A stretch of 64,000 bases of DNA from Felis catus. Its lineage: Eukaryota. This document shows, piece by piece, positions 1 through 14,150 of the stretch. Location: contig NC_058382.1 in the NCBI RefSeq assembly GCF_018350175.1, positions 52,268,001 through 52,332,000 on the forward strand, in the 5' to 3' direction. Numbering within the stretch: the first letter of the stretch is position 1; every line of letters begins with the position of its first letter. The notes under the pieces are model-generated. The model had not been told where the DNA came from. It did not search any database and saw only the letters and a program-made list of their open reading frames with translations. The translations under genes and the position numbers were made by a program.

Positions 1-250
1 TGCTCTGCCAATAAAATATGAGCAGAAGTGACATCTGTACTGCTGGGTAGAGGTCTCTAAAACCCGTTCCGTGTGCAGTTTGTCCCATTCTCTTTCCCAC
101 GCTGTAGAAGCAAGTGATGTTGCAGAAGGTGGAGGCCCCATCTGCCTGGGATGGGCATGAAGTATGGGCGAGTGGGAATCCTCGGCTGTTTAAAGACATT
201 GAGGCTTGGGAGCTGTTCCGTAAGGATAGTGAAGTGCATCCTGATTGATC
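1..250 (+). mobile_element. MaLR LTR fragment (MLT1-like)
   Basis: The motif gccaataaaatatgagcagaagtgac and the MLT1-like 3' end are recognised by eye. Confidence 0.6.
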
Positions 251-477
251 CGAAGCCACTTGTGTGAACCATCCTAAGGGACTTGGGCCGTATTTCATTG
301 GCCATTCTAAGCTACAAAGGGGTTTTAAGCTGGGGCTTTGTATATGTGCATGTTTTGCCAATCCAAAGAGCAGACTGAGGCCAAACAAGGCCTCGGGTTT
401 TTATGTTCTAGATGGCGTTTGCTAATTTAACACCTCTTAATAAAAAAAAAACAACAACAAAACCCACCGGTTCCTTA

Positions 478-810
478 GTGGTGGTGGAACAGTTCTGTGT
501 CTTGAATGTGGTGATTGTTACATGAATCTATACAGAGAAGCAAGTGTCATAGAATTATTCACCAAGATATTCCCAATAAAAGAAAGTGAGTGCATCCCCA
601 AACTGGTGAAATCCTGGTGATGTCTGTGCTGTAATGAACTGTGTCGTGCCACGGTCGGTTTTCCGGTTGTACCCGTGTACTATAGACGTGGCTAAGACGG
701 CCCCATTGGGGGTGCTGGGAGATGGCTATGTGGGCACTCTTGGTGCTATTTTTGCCGCGTCTTGTCAGTCCGTAGGTATTTCCAAGTCAAAGTTAACAAC
801 AACAACAACA
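478..810 (+). mobile_element. Ancient L1MC-like 3' end
   Basis: gttctgtgtcttgaatgtggtg...gttacatgaatctatac...aaactggtgaaatc...ctatttttgc matches old L1 3'UTR motifs. Confidence 0.7.
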
Positions 811-2067
811 GAAAGTTCACGAGTTAAACCAAGAACGTGAATTGTGGTCAGTCCCAGGTTCACGTCCAGACTTGGCAGAAAGCTCGCCTTGGCAGATGGA
901 GCCTCTTGCCTCACCTAACAATCAGCAGCTTATGCCTCAGAAATGGGTTCTGTTTGCGGTGTCTCAGCCCCTGCCTTCCCCGTTAGAGCATGTCCCCGGA
1001 AAAACATTTCTATAACGTTGCTAGGTTTGTTGGACAATCAGAAGAGGAACCCCCCCACCCCCCACCCCCCACACAAACACATCCACCCTCCCTAATTCTA
1101 CAAGATGTGTTTTCTCTTCCCTGAACTTACAGGATTGCCTGCAGTTTGTCTGCATTTCTCAGGGTCAGTAGCAGAAACCGGAAACCTGATGCCGGGGGCA
1201 GGAGAATTACCTGAGTAATAGTGCGTGGACTTGAATCACTGTCCCCAGGAGCCTAGTAACCCACAGCCTGTGGATTAGTCTGTTGAACTACTCGATGGCT
1301 TGTGACCCCTTGTTCCCTCTGGGTGTGTATGTTCTGATTTTGTTCTTATTGGTAGTGGCAGCTCTGTACTTTATTTTAGAGTGGAGGTTGGTGGGGGGGA
1401 CCAAAAGATAACTCACCAGTTGTAAGTTACACACACAGAAGGGTATACTGGCCCACTCGGCTGAACCATCATTTTTGTTGGGATATTGCTTTAGGGTCAC
1501 CACCTGGGAATGTTTCCCCTGTTGTATGAAGGAAATATTTATATGCATTTTTATGATATGTTGCCTGCACATCCCTTGGGGTGTCCCTAAGGGGCTTGGC
1601 TGAGAGGAACAGTGTCCTTCCTCACCACCCCTTCCCCAACAAAATGAATATCTGACTTTCCTCTTGTGATACATTCAGAGTTGTCTAAGATTCTAAGTGA
1701 ATGTTCTAAATGGTGAGGCTGGAGCCAGAGGGGTTCGGATGAGGTGAAAGGCCACTGTATCTGCTAACTGTTAATGTCAAATTGGGTGGCCCAGCATCTA
1801 TGAAGCATAAGAACCTATGGGGAATAAAAGTTAGCCATTGTCAGGCTTGGTTCTCCCAAGAGATTTTAGTCATCAGACACACCAGCTGTGTAGACAGAAA
1901 GCGAGCGGGGTTTTTCTCCTGGCCAGGAGGCCCAAGCTGTCCACAGGGTACAGCCTCACTCATATGCGCTCATTTGTGCCACTGGCGCTTTCCTTGTCTG
2001 TAGAACGAGGGGTGTGGCCTCAATCACTGTGGATCCCCCAGCCCCACTATTCTCTAATCTTAGGAAA

Positions 2068-2195
2068 CTTTTTGTGTAATGTTTATCTATTTTTGAGGGG
2101 GCGGTGGATGTGGGGCTCGAACTCACAAAACGCGAGACCATGACCTGAGCTGAATTGAGTCGAACACCCAACCGACTGAGCCTCTCTGGCACCCC
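2068..2195 (-). mobile_element. Can-SINE, internally deleted
   Basis: The tRNA-like head (ggggctcgaactcac...accgactgagcc...gcacccc) joins almost directly to the tail. Approximate TSD atcttaggaaact / atcttaggagact. Confidence 0.8.
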
Positions 2196-3101
2196 AGTGA
2201 TCTTAGGAGACTCTTAACACCCACGCGTTGGCACCTTCCCTCTTCCTGGCTCAGGTCAAATGCTTGCCCTCCTCCTTCCCAAATCGGCATGTTTGTGCCT
2301 CTGCCACTGTTGTCCCAGGAAGGTACATCTACGTCGGCCAGCTTGCTTTCGCTGCCTGTGTGCTTTTGGGTTTGGGGACGTCATCTAATCACCGTACACC
2401 CCTCTCCCTAAAACTGGGCTCTGTGAGTACACATGACCTGGATCCTCCAGGATGTCACAGCGAGCTGGTCCCACGCGGTCTTCATGAGCGTCATTTCATC
2501 CACCACGCTGCACTGGAGTGCACCCGCACCACCGTTCGTCACAGACTCGCATCAGGGAAGGAATTTGGCACGGCAGACGTCTTCTCTCCTTCTCATAAAG
2601 TTTATTAAATCCCTTCTGTCTTCCAAGCTGGATGTTAGGTGCTTTATACTTCTCACAAGTCGGTGAGAAGGTAGTTAATGTTCACCTTTTACAAATGAGG
2701 AAACTGACCCTCAGGAATATTAAATGGCCCCAAGTCAGTTGGCCTCCCGGCTTCCCGTGCCTGATGCTTATTGTTCGAGGCTGGGTTACAGCCCAGGACT
2801 TAGGCGGCCAAGATCAATGGGCACAGATACGCTAAGCACCTCAGCACAGATTGTGTCTCTCCCTGATAAGATGGCTGAGGTGGAGGACGTTCTCCACTGT
2901 GCCATCGCATCCCCATTCATAGCATCGGAAGTAGCTTGTTACGCTACTAGTCTCACTGTCACTAGCAGCATAGTCTAGACCAGAACTCCCAGGCTCACCG
3001 TTTGTTTCCTGGGACTTTCCTTACCTGAACGAGCAGGTGGCCCCTACATTCTTGGCTGTGCATCCTTTGGAGGAGATAGGTCTAACAAGTGATAGTATTT
3101 A

Positions 3102-3277
3102 GGGGTGCCTGGGTGGCACAGCCAGTTAAACATCTGACTCTTGGTTGTGACTCAGGTCATTATCTCACGGTTCACAAGTTCGAGCCCCACGTCGGGATCC
3201 ATGTGACGGTGTGGAGCCTTCTTGGGATTCTCTCTCTTCCCCTCACCCCCTCAAAAATAAATAAACTATGAAAAAAG
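3102..3277 (+). mobile_element. Can-SINE (older subfamily)
   Basis: ggggtgcctgggtggc head, B-box-like gttcgagccc, and aaaataaataaac tail. Confidence 0.9.
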
Positions 3278-4170
3278 AAGTGGTTATATTTAATCTCATA
3301 CGCTGCAGCCCAGCCAGACTCACAAGTGGGGAGTGCCCCATAAACACTGGGGAAGGCTGAGAGGCAACCCTGAGCTTTCCAGAAATGTGTTAGGATGCTG
3401 TCTAGTGGAGCACGATTGCTTCAAATCCTGAGGCTCCAGGCCTTCTAGTCTCCGGCAAAGAGGGAACGAGGGCTTCGGCGTCAGACTGTGGTGAACCCTT
3501 GCCCCCCACCTTTGTGAGCTCTGTGATCTCTTACAAGGGGCCACATGTAAAACGGGGAGAGTGTAACCCACTCTGTTGTTCCAGGGAAGAAACGAGATGA
3601 TGCAAGGAAACGCCCGGTGCAGAGTCCGCCCTGGAGAGACAGCAGCCACTCTTATTATCTGCATGCGCCCACCCAGCTGTAGTTTTCTGGGTTGCTAAAC
3701 CAGAGGGCTCTTCGGGACCTGGGTCACTCAGGGTCCACTGGAATAAATGAGTTTTGCCTGCTTTTGTATTTTCTAGAAATGAATCGTCTTTAGTTTCTGA
3801 TGCAGGCTCGATGGAATCATTCCAGAGCCCCGATGGCAGCTTTTGAGATTAAAATGTCATCTACTGAATTCTTGCACGAGCCAGGCTTTGTCGTGGCGTT
3901 CCCCTATTTTCATAGTTTTTTTTTTTTTAGGACACAGATGGAGAGGAGATGTGTGAGCCTGAAGACCCTTTGGAGCGTCTTCTGTGCGCTGAGTGAAACA
4001 GCACAATCCCCAGCCTGTGGTTTTAGCGGATTCCCAGCCTCACATCCTCCCAAACTTGGCAGTAAAAGCCCTGTTCTTCCATTCATTCCGATGATTTATA
4101 TTCTCTCTGGGCGTCTAATATTAAACAGGGGAATTCCGACATGTTCCATAACACATTTACTGTAACTTGA

Positions 4171-4317
<147 letters not shown>

Positions 4318-7300
4318 TGAGTGTTTCAGTGGAGGGTTATAGATCATAATATCTTGCTATTGTAATGTCTTTATCAGATGAACACAATTGGGAGAACGCA
4401 AGCACAAGGCTGTTGTGTTGTCTTGGCATCCAGACGGCGGGCTCATTTATATTGGCCCCGTTAGGGTGTCCCATATTTTCTTGACTTCTTGAGTCACCCT
4501 CATTATGAGATGTGCCTTCAGTTTAATAACAGCTCCCCCCCAATAAAAATGGAAAGACACTGTTGAAGCACTAGTTAAAGTGGCTAATAAAAGCCAGCCG
4601 ATTGTATGATGCATCCTGATTACAGACATTTTGGCAGTGTGTCTCGGGATCGAGGAAAAGCGTGTTTTAATTGCATCCGGGAACGAGTAGCCTCAGTTAC
4701 CCAGTACCGCAAGGGGGCCGAGAATCGAGAGCGTGAGAAGGTTCCACCGTATCCGCGTGTGCAGTGAGCTTACGTGGCGTGCGAACGTGGCTCCGACACA
4801 TGGACTCACGTCGTGAGAAGCTCGCTCCTTCCCCTCCTTCTTGTTTATAGTCTTTCAACACGCCCGAAGGAGGAAGCCTTAGCTCAGGGCTGGCGAGCAT
4901 TCATGCCCCCACATGCCGGCCTCCCTTTCTATCAGAGACACAGCGGCCCTCAGACCCAGAGCCGGGGAAAGCAATGGAGGCTAGCTCAGTTTTAATTACG
5001 ATATTTTGTTCCCAAGGGTTTATTTTTATGGTTCCCTCACATGGAGGGCCACCAGTAGTGGTTTCTCGTTTGACACAGTGGTTTAAATTTCATTAAAAAA
5101 ATAACTGCATTTAATTTTTTTTTTTTTTAGTGCATTGATTTGGACACGAGGGTTAAGTTAATGACAGTTTACATAGTGCCAAGGGTACGATAGTTCCACA
5201 AGTGGCCCCAGAATGACCAAATTTGGAGAAGGCTGACAAATGACCCGTTGTCTTTGGGTTAGGCTCTGGTGGGAAGCAGTCAGTGGTTTTCTAGTTCTCC
5301 AAGCAGATGACGGTTGTAGGCGGAGGCATTTGAAAGCAGATATTCCAAAGGTGCTGGCCCGTGGCCAGCCCCTGTTGAGTCTGCCTCAGTTTCTCACTCT
5401 GCTCTTTCACACTGCCAGGAAGTCTGTTCTCCCAAGCCCTTTCGGGAGCTGGCAAGTGGCCTGAGTCCTTGAGGCTGACACACAGAGTCGGAGTTGGTGG
5501 CGGAGTGGCTCCATCCCCGTAAATGCAGGCCCCGCACTCACAGAACGGCTGGGTAACGTCCCCACCGAGCCTGCAGACCTGGCTGAGTCTGCCGTGCCTG
5601 TTCTGTGCCCTATTTGGCAGTTGCTGGCTGCTGGCCCTCGCTGGTGTTTTCCGGAGGACGTCAGGTCCGGTGTGCCCCAGTCCCTTTTAAGACGATTGCT
5701 CATGTCTACCTCCTCCACTCATGTCTCCACTTGCTTGTTCACTTAACACACATTCAGTGAGTGCCTCCAGGGCCCCGGCCCCTCTTCTGGGCTCTGGGAA
5801 GGCAGCGGGGGCCGTGAGAAGCCCACTTCACCTCAGATGAGCCGTAAACCTCAGGTGCCAGCAAGCAGTTTCGTTGCTGAATGGCTAACTCCTCAACCTG
5901 TTACTTCTGTGGTTGTTTGCAAGGATAGCAGTAGTCCCAGCAGCAACAGGGAGCAGTAGCCACTCATTTATCGAGCATGCGTTGTGGGCCACGTGTCAAG
6001 AACCTTCCTGCGCATTTTCTCCCTGACCGCTGGCTCCTAGTCTGTTACACGGACGAGGGGAGCATGACTGGACGCGAAAGGCTGGTTAAGGGGGGCCCGC
6101 GGCTGGGAAGCAGGAGGGGCGGAGGGCCCCTGCGGCCGTCACTCTGGGCCTCCCCTCACACACCGCACGGTCCTGTCTTCTGCTTGACTTGTGGTGGAAA
6201 CTGAGATCAGAGGCGGGGAGTGGCTCTCGCAGGGTCACTTGGCGGGTCAGGTGCAGCCGTGGGACTTCCGTCCGCTTCTGTCACGCTGTCCCTGACACGG
6301 AGAGGCTCTGGCAGAGGCTCGCACAGGCTGCCTCCCTCGGCTTCCTCGTTGGATGCGAGCGGTGCTGAGGCACGCCAACTGTTACATAATGGGACCGCCG
6401 TCCAAGTCCTAACAGGACCGTCAGTTAAAGTAGTTCAGACATCCTCATGTTCAGCTGCCTTTTGTAGTCCCCCCGCCCTCGGATGCACCTCTTTTGCCCT
6501 AATCCCAGATTTTGGCAAATGGCTGAATTTTTGTCCTTCTGGGTTCAGAAACGAAGGCGATTTTCCTGTTTAGCAAAACCCGGTACCGCAAACCTCTTTT
6601 TATATGTCTCTCGAGATGCAGTCTTTCACACGGCTTAGAGCAATATTGTGGTGGCGAAAATATGCATAAAAAAGTGAGTGATTTTACTTTTGAAACACCG
6701 CCAGGGCGAAGTCTCTCCTGGAAAGGCAGATGACAGCTTGGTACTTACAGGGCTTTAGATTCCGAGCGCTGTCAGAAGTGAATTTAAGTACTGGTGACTA
6801 GGCTGCCAAAAAACACGTGTAGCCTCCTCCTTCTCATCACCGCCCATCTTCAGACATTAAAATCTCCTTGTGTGTAAAACATAATGACAAGTGAAAGAAA
6901 GGCTGCCGGTTCAGAACCAGCCTCTTCTTGGCGCCGTTGGACCGAGCAGAGGAAAAAACCCTCGCGTCGCAATTCCGTTGGACACCCCCATCTACCGTAA
7001 CGTTTTCAGGCGCTTGGGCACACCAGCAACACGGTCAGGCTCCTTGCTCCCATGCGAGTTCCCCCCGGATCCTGCTCCAGCTCACGCGAGCTTCCCCGCC
7101 CCGGGAGAGGTAGTGTATTGTGCAACCCAATGCAGAGAAAGCTAGAAACAGATGCTCAGCCGAACCGCTGGTGAAAGATGCGGTCCGTCGTCCTGCAGGT
7201 CCGCCCTCCCTCTGCCTTCGACCAGGAGATATGGATTCAGCCTCCTCCGGGATCTCTGCGGAGATCTGCTTCTTTGCAGGGGTGGGGGTGGGTGAGGGGT

Positions 7301-7339
7301 GGAGATGGTGGTGGGAGGCACTCTTAGAATGAGCGCTAC

Positions 7340-7580
7340 TGATGATTATATACAATCATAGCTGCTAGTCGGCTTGTTGATTATTCTGCGCAAGGCAAGG
7401 CGCTAAGCACCTACACGTGTATTCTCTCTTTACTACAACCCTAGGCATTAGTTACCTTTGTCTGTAGTTTACGAATGGAAAGGCTCCAGCCTTTCACAGA
7501 GAGGTTAGATCAGGTTTCCAGCTGCAGCCAGTGGTGGATCCGCAGTGTGAGCCCAAGTGTGTCTGAATCCACAACTCTCC
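7340..7580 (-). mobile_element. MIR
   Basis: gcgctaagcac...tactacaaccctagg...cagagaggttag pattern. Confidence 0.55.
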
Positions 7581-7722
7581 TTCTTGGTATGTCTCATGCC
7601 TCACTCAGTCCCACCTTTTAGTACGGATTCCTGTACTGGGATGTATCTGAGTAAGAAGTTGCTCCAAAAGCTAGCAGCTTAAAACCATTAAAACCAAGAA
7701 ACATTTTTATTTTCTCTCTTTC

Positions 7723-7939
7723 TTTTTTTTTAAAAAATGTTTTTAAAATGTCTTACTTGTTTTTGAGAGATAGAGCATGAGCCAGGGTGGGGCAGAAAGA
7801 GAGGGAGACACAGAATGCAAAGGGGGCTCCAGGCTCTGAGCTGTCAGCACAGAGCCCGACACAGGGCTGGTGGGTGAACCGAGAGATCATGACCTGAGCT
7901 GAAGTCGAACACTCAACCGAATGAGCCACCCAGGCGACC
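7723..7939 (-). mobile_element. Can-SINE
   Basis: Reverse-complement consensus (ggctccaggctctgagctgtcagcacagagcccgac...gagccacccaggcg). Confidence 0.9.
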
Positions 7940-9904
7940 AATCTATTCTCTCTCTTTCGGTTTGTTTAGATCAGTTGTTTGTTCAAACTATGTGAATGCA
8001 CTTTATAGGTTTCCCTTCAAAAAAACCTTCTTTTAATTAATGCAACTTACTTGGTTAAGGGACAGGGTTGTCCTCTAGAGTTTTCTGTGTTCTTTACGTC
8101 AGTGACTACATCCCTGTGGTGCCATTTATCGTGTTCTTTTGTTCTTTTGTCTCCCAAGTTTCTTGTGAAGTGTAGGTAACTCTAGTGGCTTGGTCCGGTG
8201 CCTCTTTAATTCTGGGGCAAGAGTGCTGCATAGGGACAGCATAGTCTACCATGGAGAGGACAGACATGGCTACTTGCCAACGCCAGCTTTCCTGGGCTCA
8301 GCACGCCCTGACCGCTCCGTTCCTCTGCTCACCTCCATTTGCATTCATTCCTTCTGTTATTCTTTACTCAGTCTTCTGGGTGGTCAGGCCCGGAATCCTC
8401 CTCCTGCTTCCAGACAGTTCTCCCCAGAGTTAGTGGTGGTGGTGGTCGGCCAGTGTGTCTCAGGTCGAATTATGTTGGGCATTACTGGAAAGTTCCAAGC
8501 CAAAGCCTGTGGTAAGTCCCAACCAAACTGAATTTTGAAGGAAATTTTGTTTAAGCTGCAATCCTGGAAAGCAGCCAGGCTCCACACCGCCTGGCAGGCA
8601 GAGGCATCCGTCAGAGTACGAAGAGCTGGGACCTTTACTAATCATTCAGACCCAATATTGGCATTTTCTGGAATGAGCTCTGCCACGATAGTTGGTTGTT
8701 TGTGCTGCTGTGACGCATTTTCATTCTTAGTTTCTAGCTGCTTGGCTTACTGAAAAGTGCGTATTTTCACCAGCTGCTGGACCTCGGAGCTCCGTAGGTT
8801 TTTTCTGTTTTTTGTTTTTTGTTTTTCACAAGATATTATAACGTCTGAGTTCCACATACTCCTGAAATAATGGACACCTCGATTCCAATCCTGAAATCTT
8901 AAGAGTTACTAATGGCACCTAATCTAGGAAATTCTTGGCTGGGATCCCAGGCACCAATCAGCTCTTACGCTATTGACCAAGGGTTTTGATTTGTTCTGGA
9001 AATTAATTGAAATCGATAGTTCATATTAAAATAATATACACAATTCTGAAGGTTTCTAGAACTACATTTTCGATCATGGATTTCTACACTTCCTTCTCAG
9101 CTTTCTGTCTCCAGTATAGTTTAAGGAAAGTAGACTTTGTTTCATTTAGAAAATAATACAGAGTAGTGACGTTTTAAAAAAAAGTGCTAAGAGAACAGTT
9201 TTCTGTTCTTTATTTTTTAAACATTTGAGGGGGACGGTCTTGAACAAAGTTACTTATTTTTACTTTTTACTAAATTGCTTTCAGAATTTGAATCTACTAA
9301 TCCCAGATATAATATTCTTGGGTTCTTATTCCAAATTTTGCCATCTCAAATCTTTCTATGGAAATGGGTGGGCCATAAATTATAAATAAATTCTACATTT
9401 TGAGGGATAAATTACCCCGAGGACCGATGTGTAAATTACAGCTTAATCTTTCTTTTTCTCCTCAGCTCAATTTTAAGAATAATGTTTTAGCCGACATATC
9501 TGCATTACTCTTTTTACTCTTTGCTCAACATGAGAAATCCATTTCTGGTTTGCCCAACCGAGGATTGTATTGCTTTTCTTCCCAGTATGAAATCTAAAAG
9601 AAAAGAAAAAAGGAGAGGCAGATTTTGCTATAATGAACTCTCTAAATCTAGATCTTAATTATGACTTTTTAAGGAAAAATTTAAAAAGGCTACAAGTTAA
9701 TTTTTTCCCATCCCATACATTTTCCATCTTAGGATGTTGAAAATTTATATTGTGAAGCATTTACTATATCTAGGGATATCAGGGAAGAATGAGTCCCTCG
9801 TAAGGAAATTCTTTGCCTTCTCAAATTTAATTCTCTAAGCATCTTTTTATATAATTCTTCAAAAATTTCAAAAGCATTTTATATACTGTCATTTCTTATT
9901 AAAC

Positions 9905-10120
9905 GGGGCACCTGGGTGGCTCAGTCAGTTGAGCGTCTGACTTCAACTCAGGTCATGATCTCACAGTTTGTGGGTTTGAGCCCTGCTTTGAGTTCTGTGC
10001 TGACAGCTCAGAGCATGGACCCTGCTTCAGGTTCTGTGTCGCCCTCTCTCTGTCTCTGCCTCTCCCCCGTTAATGCTCACTCCCTCTCACTTTCTCTCTC
10101 AAACATTAAAAAAAATTTAA
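9905..10120 (+). mobile_element. Can-SINE
   Basis: ggggcacctgggtggctcagtcagttgagcg head, CT-rich region and A tail. Confidence 0.9.
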
Positions 10121-10155
10121 ATGAAAACACTAACTCCAAGTAGTATAGTGTAGTG

Positions 10156-10377
10156 CAGGGGCCAGCAATCTCTTACATAAACGGCCAGAGAGTAAGCATT
10201 TTAGACTTTTCAGGCTGTAAGATCTCTGTTGCAATTACCCAGCTCTGCCTCTGTAGTGTGAAAGCAGCCATGGACAATATTTCACTGGGTGAGCATGACT
10301 GTGTTCCAATAAAACTTTATTTAGAGGAACAGGCGATGGGCCAGATTTGCATAGGGGCCATAGTGTGCTAACCCCTG
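10156..10377. mobile_element. MER58A-like hAT-Charlie MITE
   Basis: Terminal inverted repeats caggggccagca / tgctaacccctg, and the diagnostic ctgtgttccaataaaactttatt. Confidence 0.85.
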
Positions 10378-10384
10378 GTGTGGA

Positions 10385-10605
10385 AAGAATAGAATTTTGT
10401 GGCTCAACTGAACTTAGATTTAAGTCCCAGCTCTACTATATACTAGCTGTGTGGTCCTGGGCAAACTCTTGGCGTCTCTGGGCCTTACTTTCCAGATCTA
10501 TGTAAAGTAGATTGTTACCTACCTTTTTCATGGTTGTTGAGGAGGAAAGCCATGATGCATGAAACAACAAGGCACATCTCAGTGCACTGTCTGTAACTAT
10601 TATTA
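10385..10605 (+). mobile_element. MIR
   Basis: Core motif tcccagctctac...actagctgtgtg...ctgggcaa...ctctgggcct. Confidence 0.7.
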
Positions 10606-10697
10606 ATTTGTATTTGTTGCTTTTCTTGATCTTAAAATGATCTGAGAGGTTTTTAAGAATACCTGCAGTATGATAAAATAGAAAGAAAAAATCTGCT

Positions 10698-10920
10698 GGG
10701 GCGCCTTGGTGGCTCAGTTGGTTAAGCATCCAACTTCAGCTCAGGTCATGATCTCCCGGTTCGTGAGTTCAAGCCCTGTGTTGGGCTCTGTGCTGACAGC
10801 TCGGAGCCTGGAGCCTGCTTTGGATTCTGTGTCTCCCTCTCTCTCTCTCTCTGCCCCTCTCCCACTCACGCTCTGCCTCTCCCTCTCTCTCAAAAATAAA
10901 TAAACATTAAAAACAATTAA
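10698..10920 (+). mobile_element. Can-SINE
   Basis: Full consensus-like head, body and tail. Confidence 0.92.
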
Positions 10921-11375
10921 AGAAATAAGAAATGTACTTCCACAGAGAAAGGGGATAAAAGCAGACTAGTAAGATGTGGCCCTAGCCAAGCAGTGGATCT
11001 TAATAATCTTTCGAAATCCTTAAAAATTGGACCTCAGAATGAGCTTTGAGATTCCTGGCAACCAAGAGAAGGGGGAAAATGACCTTCATGTTGCCTGCAA
11101 GCTGGAAGCATGACAAGATCCAAACAGAAATGATTGTCGTCATCGCAGCGCTCCGCTGAGGATCTCAGAGTAAATGGCTAGATCTGTTTTCTTTGCTATT
11201 GCTACATCTGTTTCCCTTGGCTTTCGGTAGCTTTTCCAGATGACTAGTGTTGCCATAAGAGCATCCTGCTTTGAATGTACAGGTACATTGGGAAGGTATA
11301 GTGGGACCTTCTGAAAATAATCAGCCTGTATCTTCTGTGGTACCAAAGTACCCATCTGCCTTCTGCTCCCCTCCT

Positions 11376-11380
<5 letters not shown>

Positions 11381-11432
<52 letters not shown>
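11381..11432. repeat. (GT)26 microsatellite
   Basis: Read directly. Confidence 0.98.
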
Positions 11433-11435
<3 letters not shown>

Positions 11436-12069
11436 AACTTTTTCCCTTCACATCGTTATTTATTCGGTGTTTACAATGGTCCAGGAACTGGGCTAGGCAC
11501 TAGCATTACACCATTTGCTGCCTCACTTCTACCCAGCCTTATTTCTCTCTTAGAATATTTGTGAAGCTTGAGGATTTTTTTTTTTTTGATAGCTTTCCAT
11601 GATGACTCTCTTCAAAAACAAATCCTTAGTGGAGGAGAATATTTATTAAGTTAATTAGGGGCCACATTGCAATTAAATTTGTCAGAAAAAAAAAATTCAG
11701 TGAGGCTTTGACCGTCATTAAAAGCCATCACAGCTAAGGAATACATGAAACTGTGTTCGAATTAACCACAACGATGTTTGCAAAATAAACAGTTTTGATT
11801 TCCCAACAGATTTCTCAGTTCAGCCATCACTATCATGTTTCATGACATCAAAGTGATATATGTTAATTGAAGACACACACAAAAAAACTTCCCTTCCAGG
11901 AAGAATAAAAACCCAGCTTTGGAGGACAGGTACAATTACCCTGTGGCTGCCTTCTCCTACACTCACCATCCCACCAAAGTATACATAAATCATGTTATGT
12001 CTTTAGCTCTAGTAAATAATATTTTATTGCTGGTTTTCAACAATGAACGCTTAAGTCAGTGGACTAGAG

Positions 12070-12340
12070 TAAAAGTCAGCAAAGCTTTTCCATAGAGAAT
12101 CAGGCAGATACATAAAAATCTATTCTAATATTTTTGCCTTTGTCAGCCAGATGGTCTCTGTTGCAGCTAGTGTTGAGGGCATCTTGATTGTTGAGTGAGA
12201 TCTTTGTAATTCAAAAGTAGCCACTGAGAAGTTAGAAATGACTGGGTGTTTTTCTGTGTTCCAATAAAACTTTATTCATAAAAACAGGAAGTGGGTTGAG
12301 GTTGGGATTTGGTCTGGGAGTTGTGGCTTGCTAATTCTTG
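12070..12340. mobile_element. MER58A-like hAT-Charlie MITE (second copy)
   Basis: Shares gtcagcaaa, tctctgttgca and ctgtgttccaataaaactttatt with the copy at 10156. Confidence 0.75.
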
Positions 12341-12679
12341 GGCCAGAACCCACTGTCTCTTGAAATGGGACTTATTTTGATAGCATCTTGTCTTACTATG
12401 AGAAATACATGCCGTTTTTCTTAGAAAATGGATTATGTTAGCCCGATCAAGATAAATAAGTATATATAGCCAGCATTTGTGTGCTTGGTTAATTTCAGCC
12501 CTGCAGAAAGTACTCTGATACTTAGAGGCTTGGAGAAAAGGTAAGAATTTGAATAGAACAGCGTGCTCTGCTGAGGTTTGGAAATAACTGCCATATGGGA
12601 AAGCAGGTCACCTAAGACAACTAAGTGTTGTTTAAATACTAAGACACTAAAGTCCTAATTGAGGCTTGGAACCGTGTAA

Positions 12680-12960
12680 TGATGATGATGATAGTAATTG
12701 CTCATATCTGTCACCTATTTATTATGTGTCAAGCCCTGTTAAGTACTTCTGTGTCATCTCCTTTTATCCTCACTAGGACTCAGGGTAGGTCACAAATGGT
12801 GGAAGAATGGCGGTGTCTTAGGGTTCAGCCTAATTCAATGAGCAGCCACATTTCATAGATCAAGATATCAAGGCTTAAAGAGATTAAGGACCTTGACCAA
12901 GGTCATGCTCGCCAGTAGGGAGTGAGGCTACAAGTTGGTCCACAATCTGTGCTGCCTCTG
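12680..12960 (-). mobile_element. MIR (interrupted)
   Basis: cacctatttattatgtgtcaagccctgttaagtactt...aggcttaaagagattaaggaccttgaccaaggtca. Confidence 0.6.
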
Positions 12961-13989
12961 AGCTCGGCTTAGACAGTAGTTTGGAGAATCAGGAAGATCT
13001 GTCTCATTTGGGAAATGCATCATGCAGGACGCATTGCCTCCAAAGGCAATTTGTCCCATTAATAGGATGGATGACAACCTCTGCCTACTGGGACAATTAT
13101 TAAGGTCACTTCAAGGTTGAAGGAGACGCTCCTTCCAGCCAATTTGCTATCACCAAGAGGAAGTCATTTTGCTGAAATATGTAAAAGGAGGTTAAGCCCA
13201 ATGGAAGAGAAGCTCCTCCCTTCAGTTAAGGAACTTGGGCTGTTTTCCACCAGACGTAGAAGGGGTCTTGTCTGCAGAGTCAGGGTAAGCAGAAATGGCA
13301 ACTATTTACTCTCGTTTGCACTTGTCTTTGTGCATTTATTCCAAATGTCAGTGTTCATTTCCCCTTACTTCCCACTTGCCTTCATCATGATGCTGATCAG
13401 GTAGACAGAAGTAGAGCAAGGGGTCATTTTGCTATTTATGCACCTGAACTGCCACCGTGATCACTCTCAGACACAAACCCAGCCCTGACACTGTCCTGCG
13501 GAGGGACCTTTCGGTGATGTCTTGCCACCTGAACTGCCAAGGCTGCACTTACTTGCTGGTGTGGCCTCCCAAGGCCTTTGGGGTCTGGCCCCTCCTCCAC
13601 CTTCATTTACCGTTGTCTCTTCCCAATCCTGTGTCTCTGTACTCTGCGTAGGGAGATGCTGAGAGGTTCTGCCTCCTGATTCTGGGCCTGTGCTCCTGAC
13701 TTGAGCCCCTCCTCTCCTACCTGTCCACCACCTGCTCACCGGATGACTTTGTCGCATCCTGTATAGAGTCTCCATGTTCCCTACTCTCACCTCCACACCA
13801 TGGTTGAATTGATAAGTCACTTCTCAGAGTGTCAACAACACATGCCATCATCACGCTTGAATCCTTTGGGGATGCTTTTTTCTCCATTGATTTTTCTTTG
13901 TGAGGCTCATCCCCACAGAGGCAACAGCCTTGGCTAATTCGTCTCTGGATTTCTGTCCCACACCTGACTAGCGTGGAGACCACAGCACA

Positions 13990-14150
13990 TTCCTTAATCT
14001 CTCCGATCCTCAGTTTCTTCATCAGTACAAGTAGGAGATGATGGCAGTTCCATCGTGGGTGGCTGAGAGGATTAAATAGCATGATGTCTGTAAAACCTAG
14101 TACCTGATGCCTGATAAACACTTAATAAATTTTAGCTGTGTCGTTGCTAT
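13990..14150 (+). mobile_element. MIR
   Basis: cctcagtttcttcatcagt...gaggattaaat...tacctg...cttaataaat. Confidence 0.65.

Noticed and set aside
9916..10903. Recurrent 'AQSVERLTSAQVMIS...' ORFs here and elsewhere, suggesting a gene family
   Set aside because: All are translations of Can-SINE copies.
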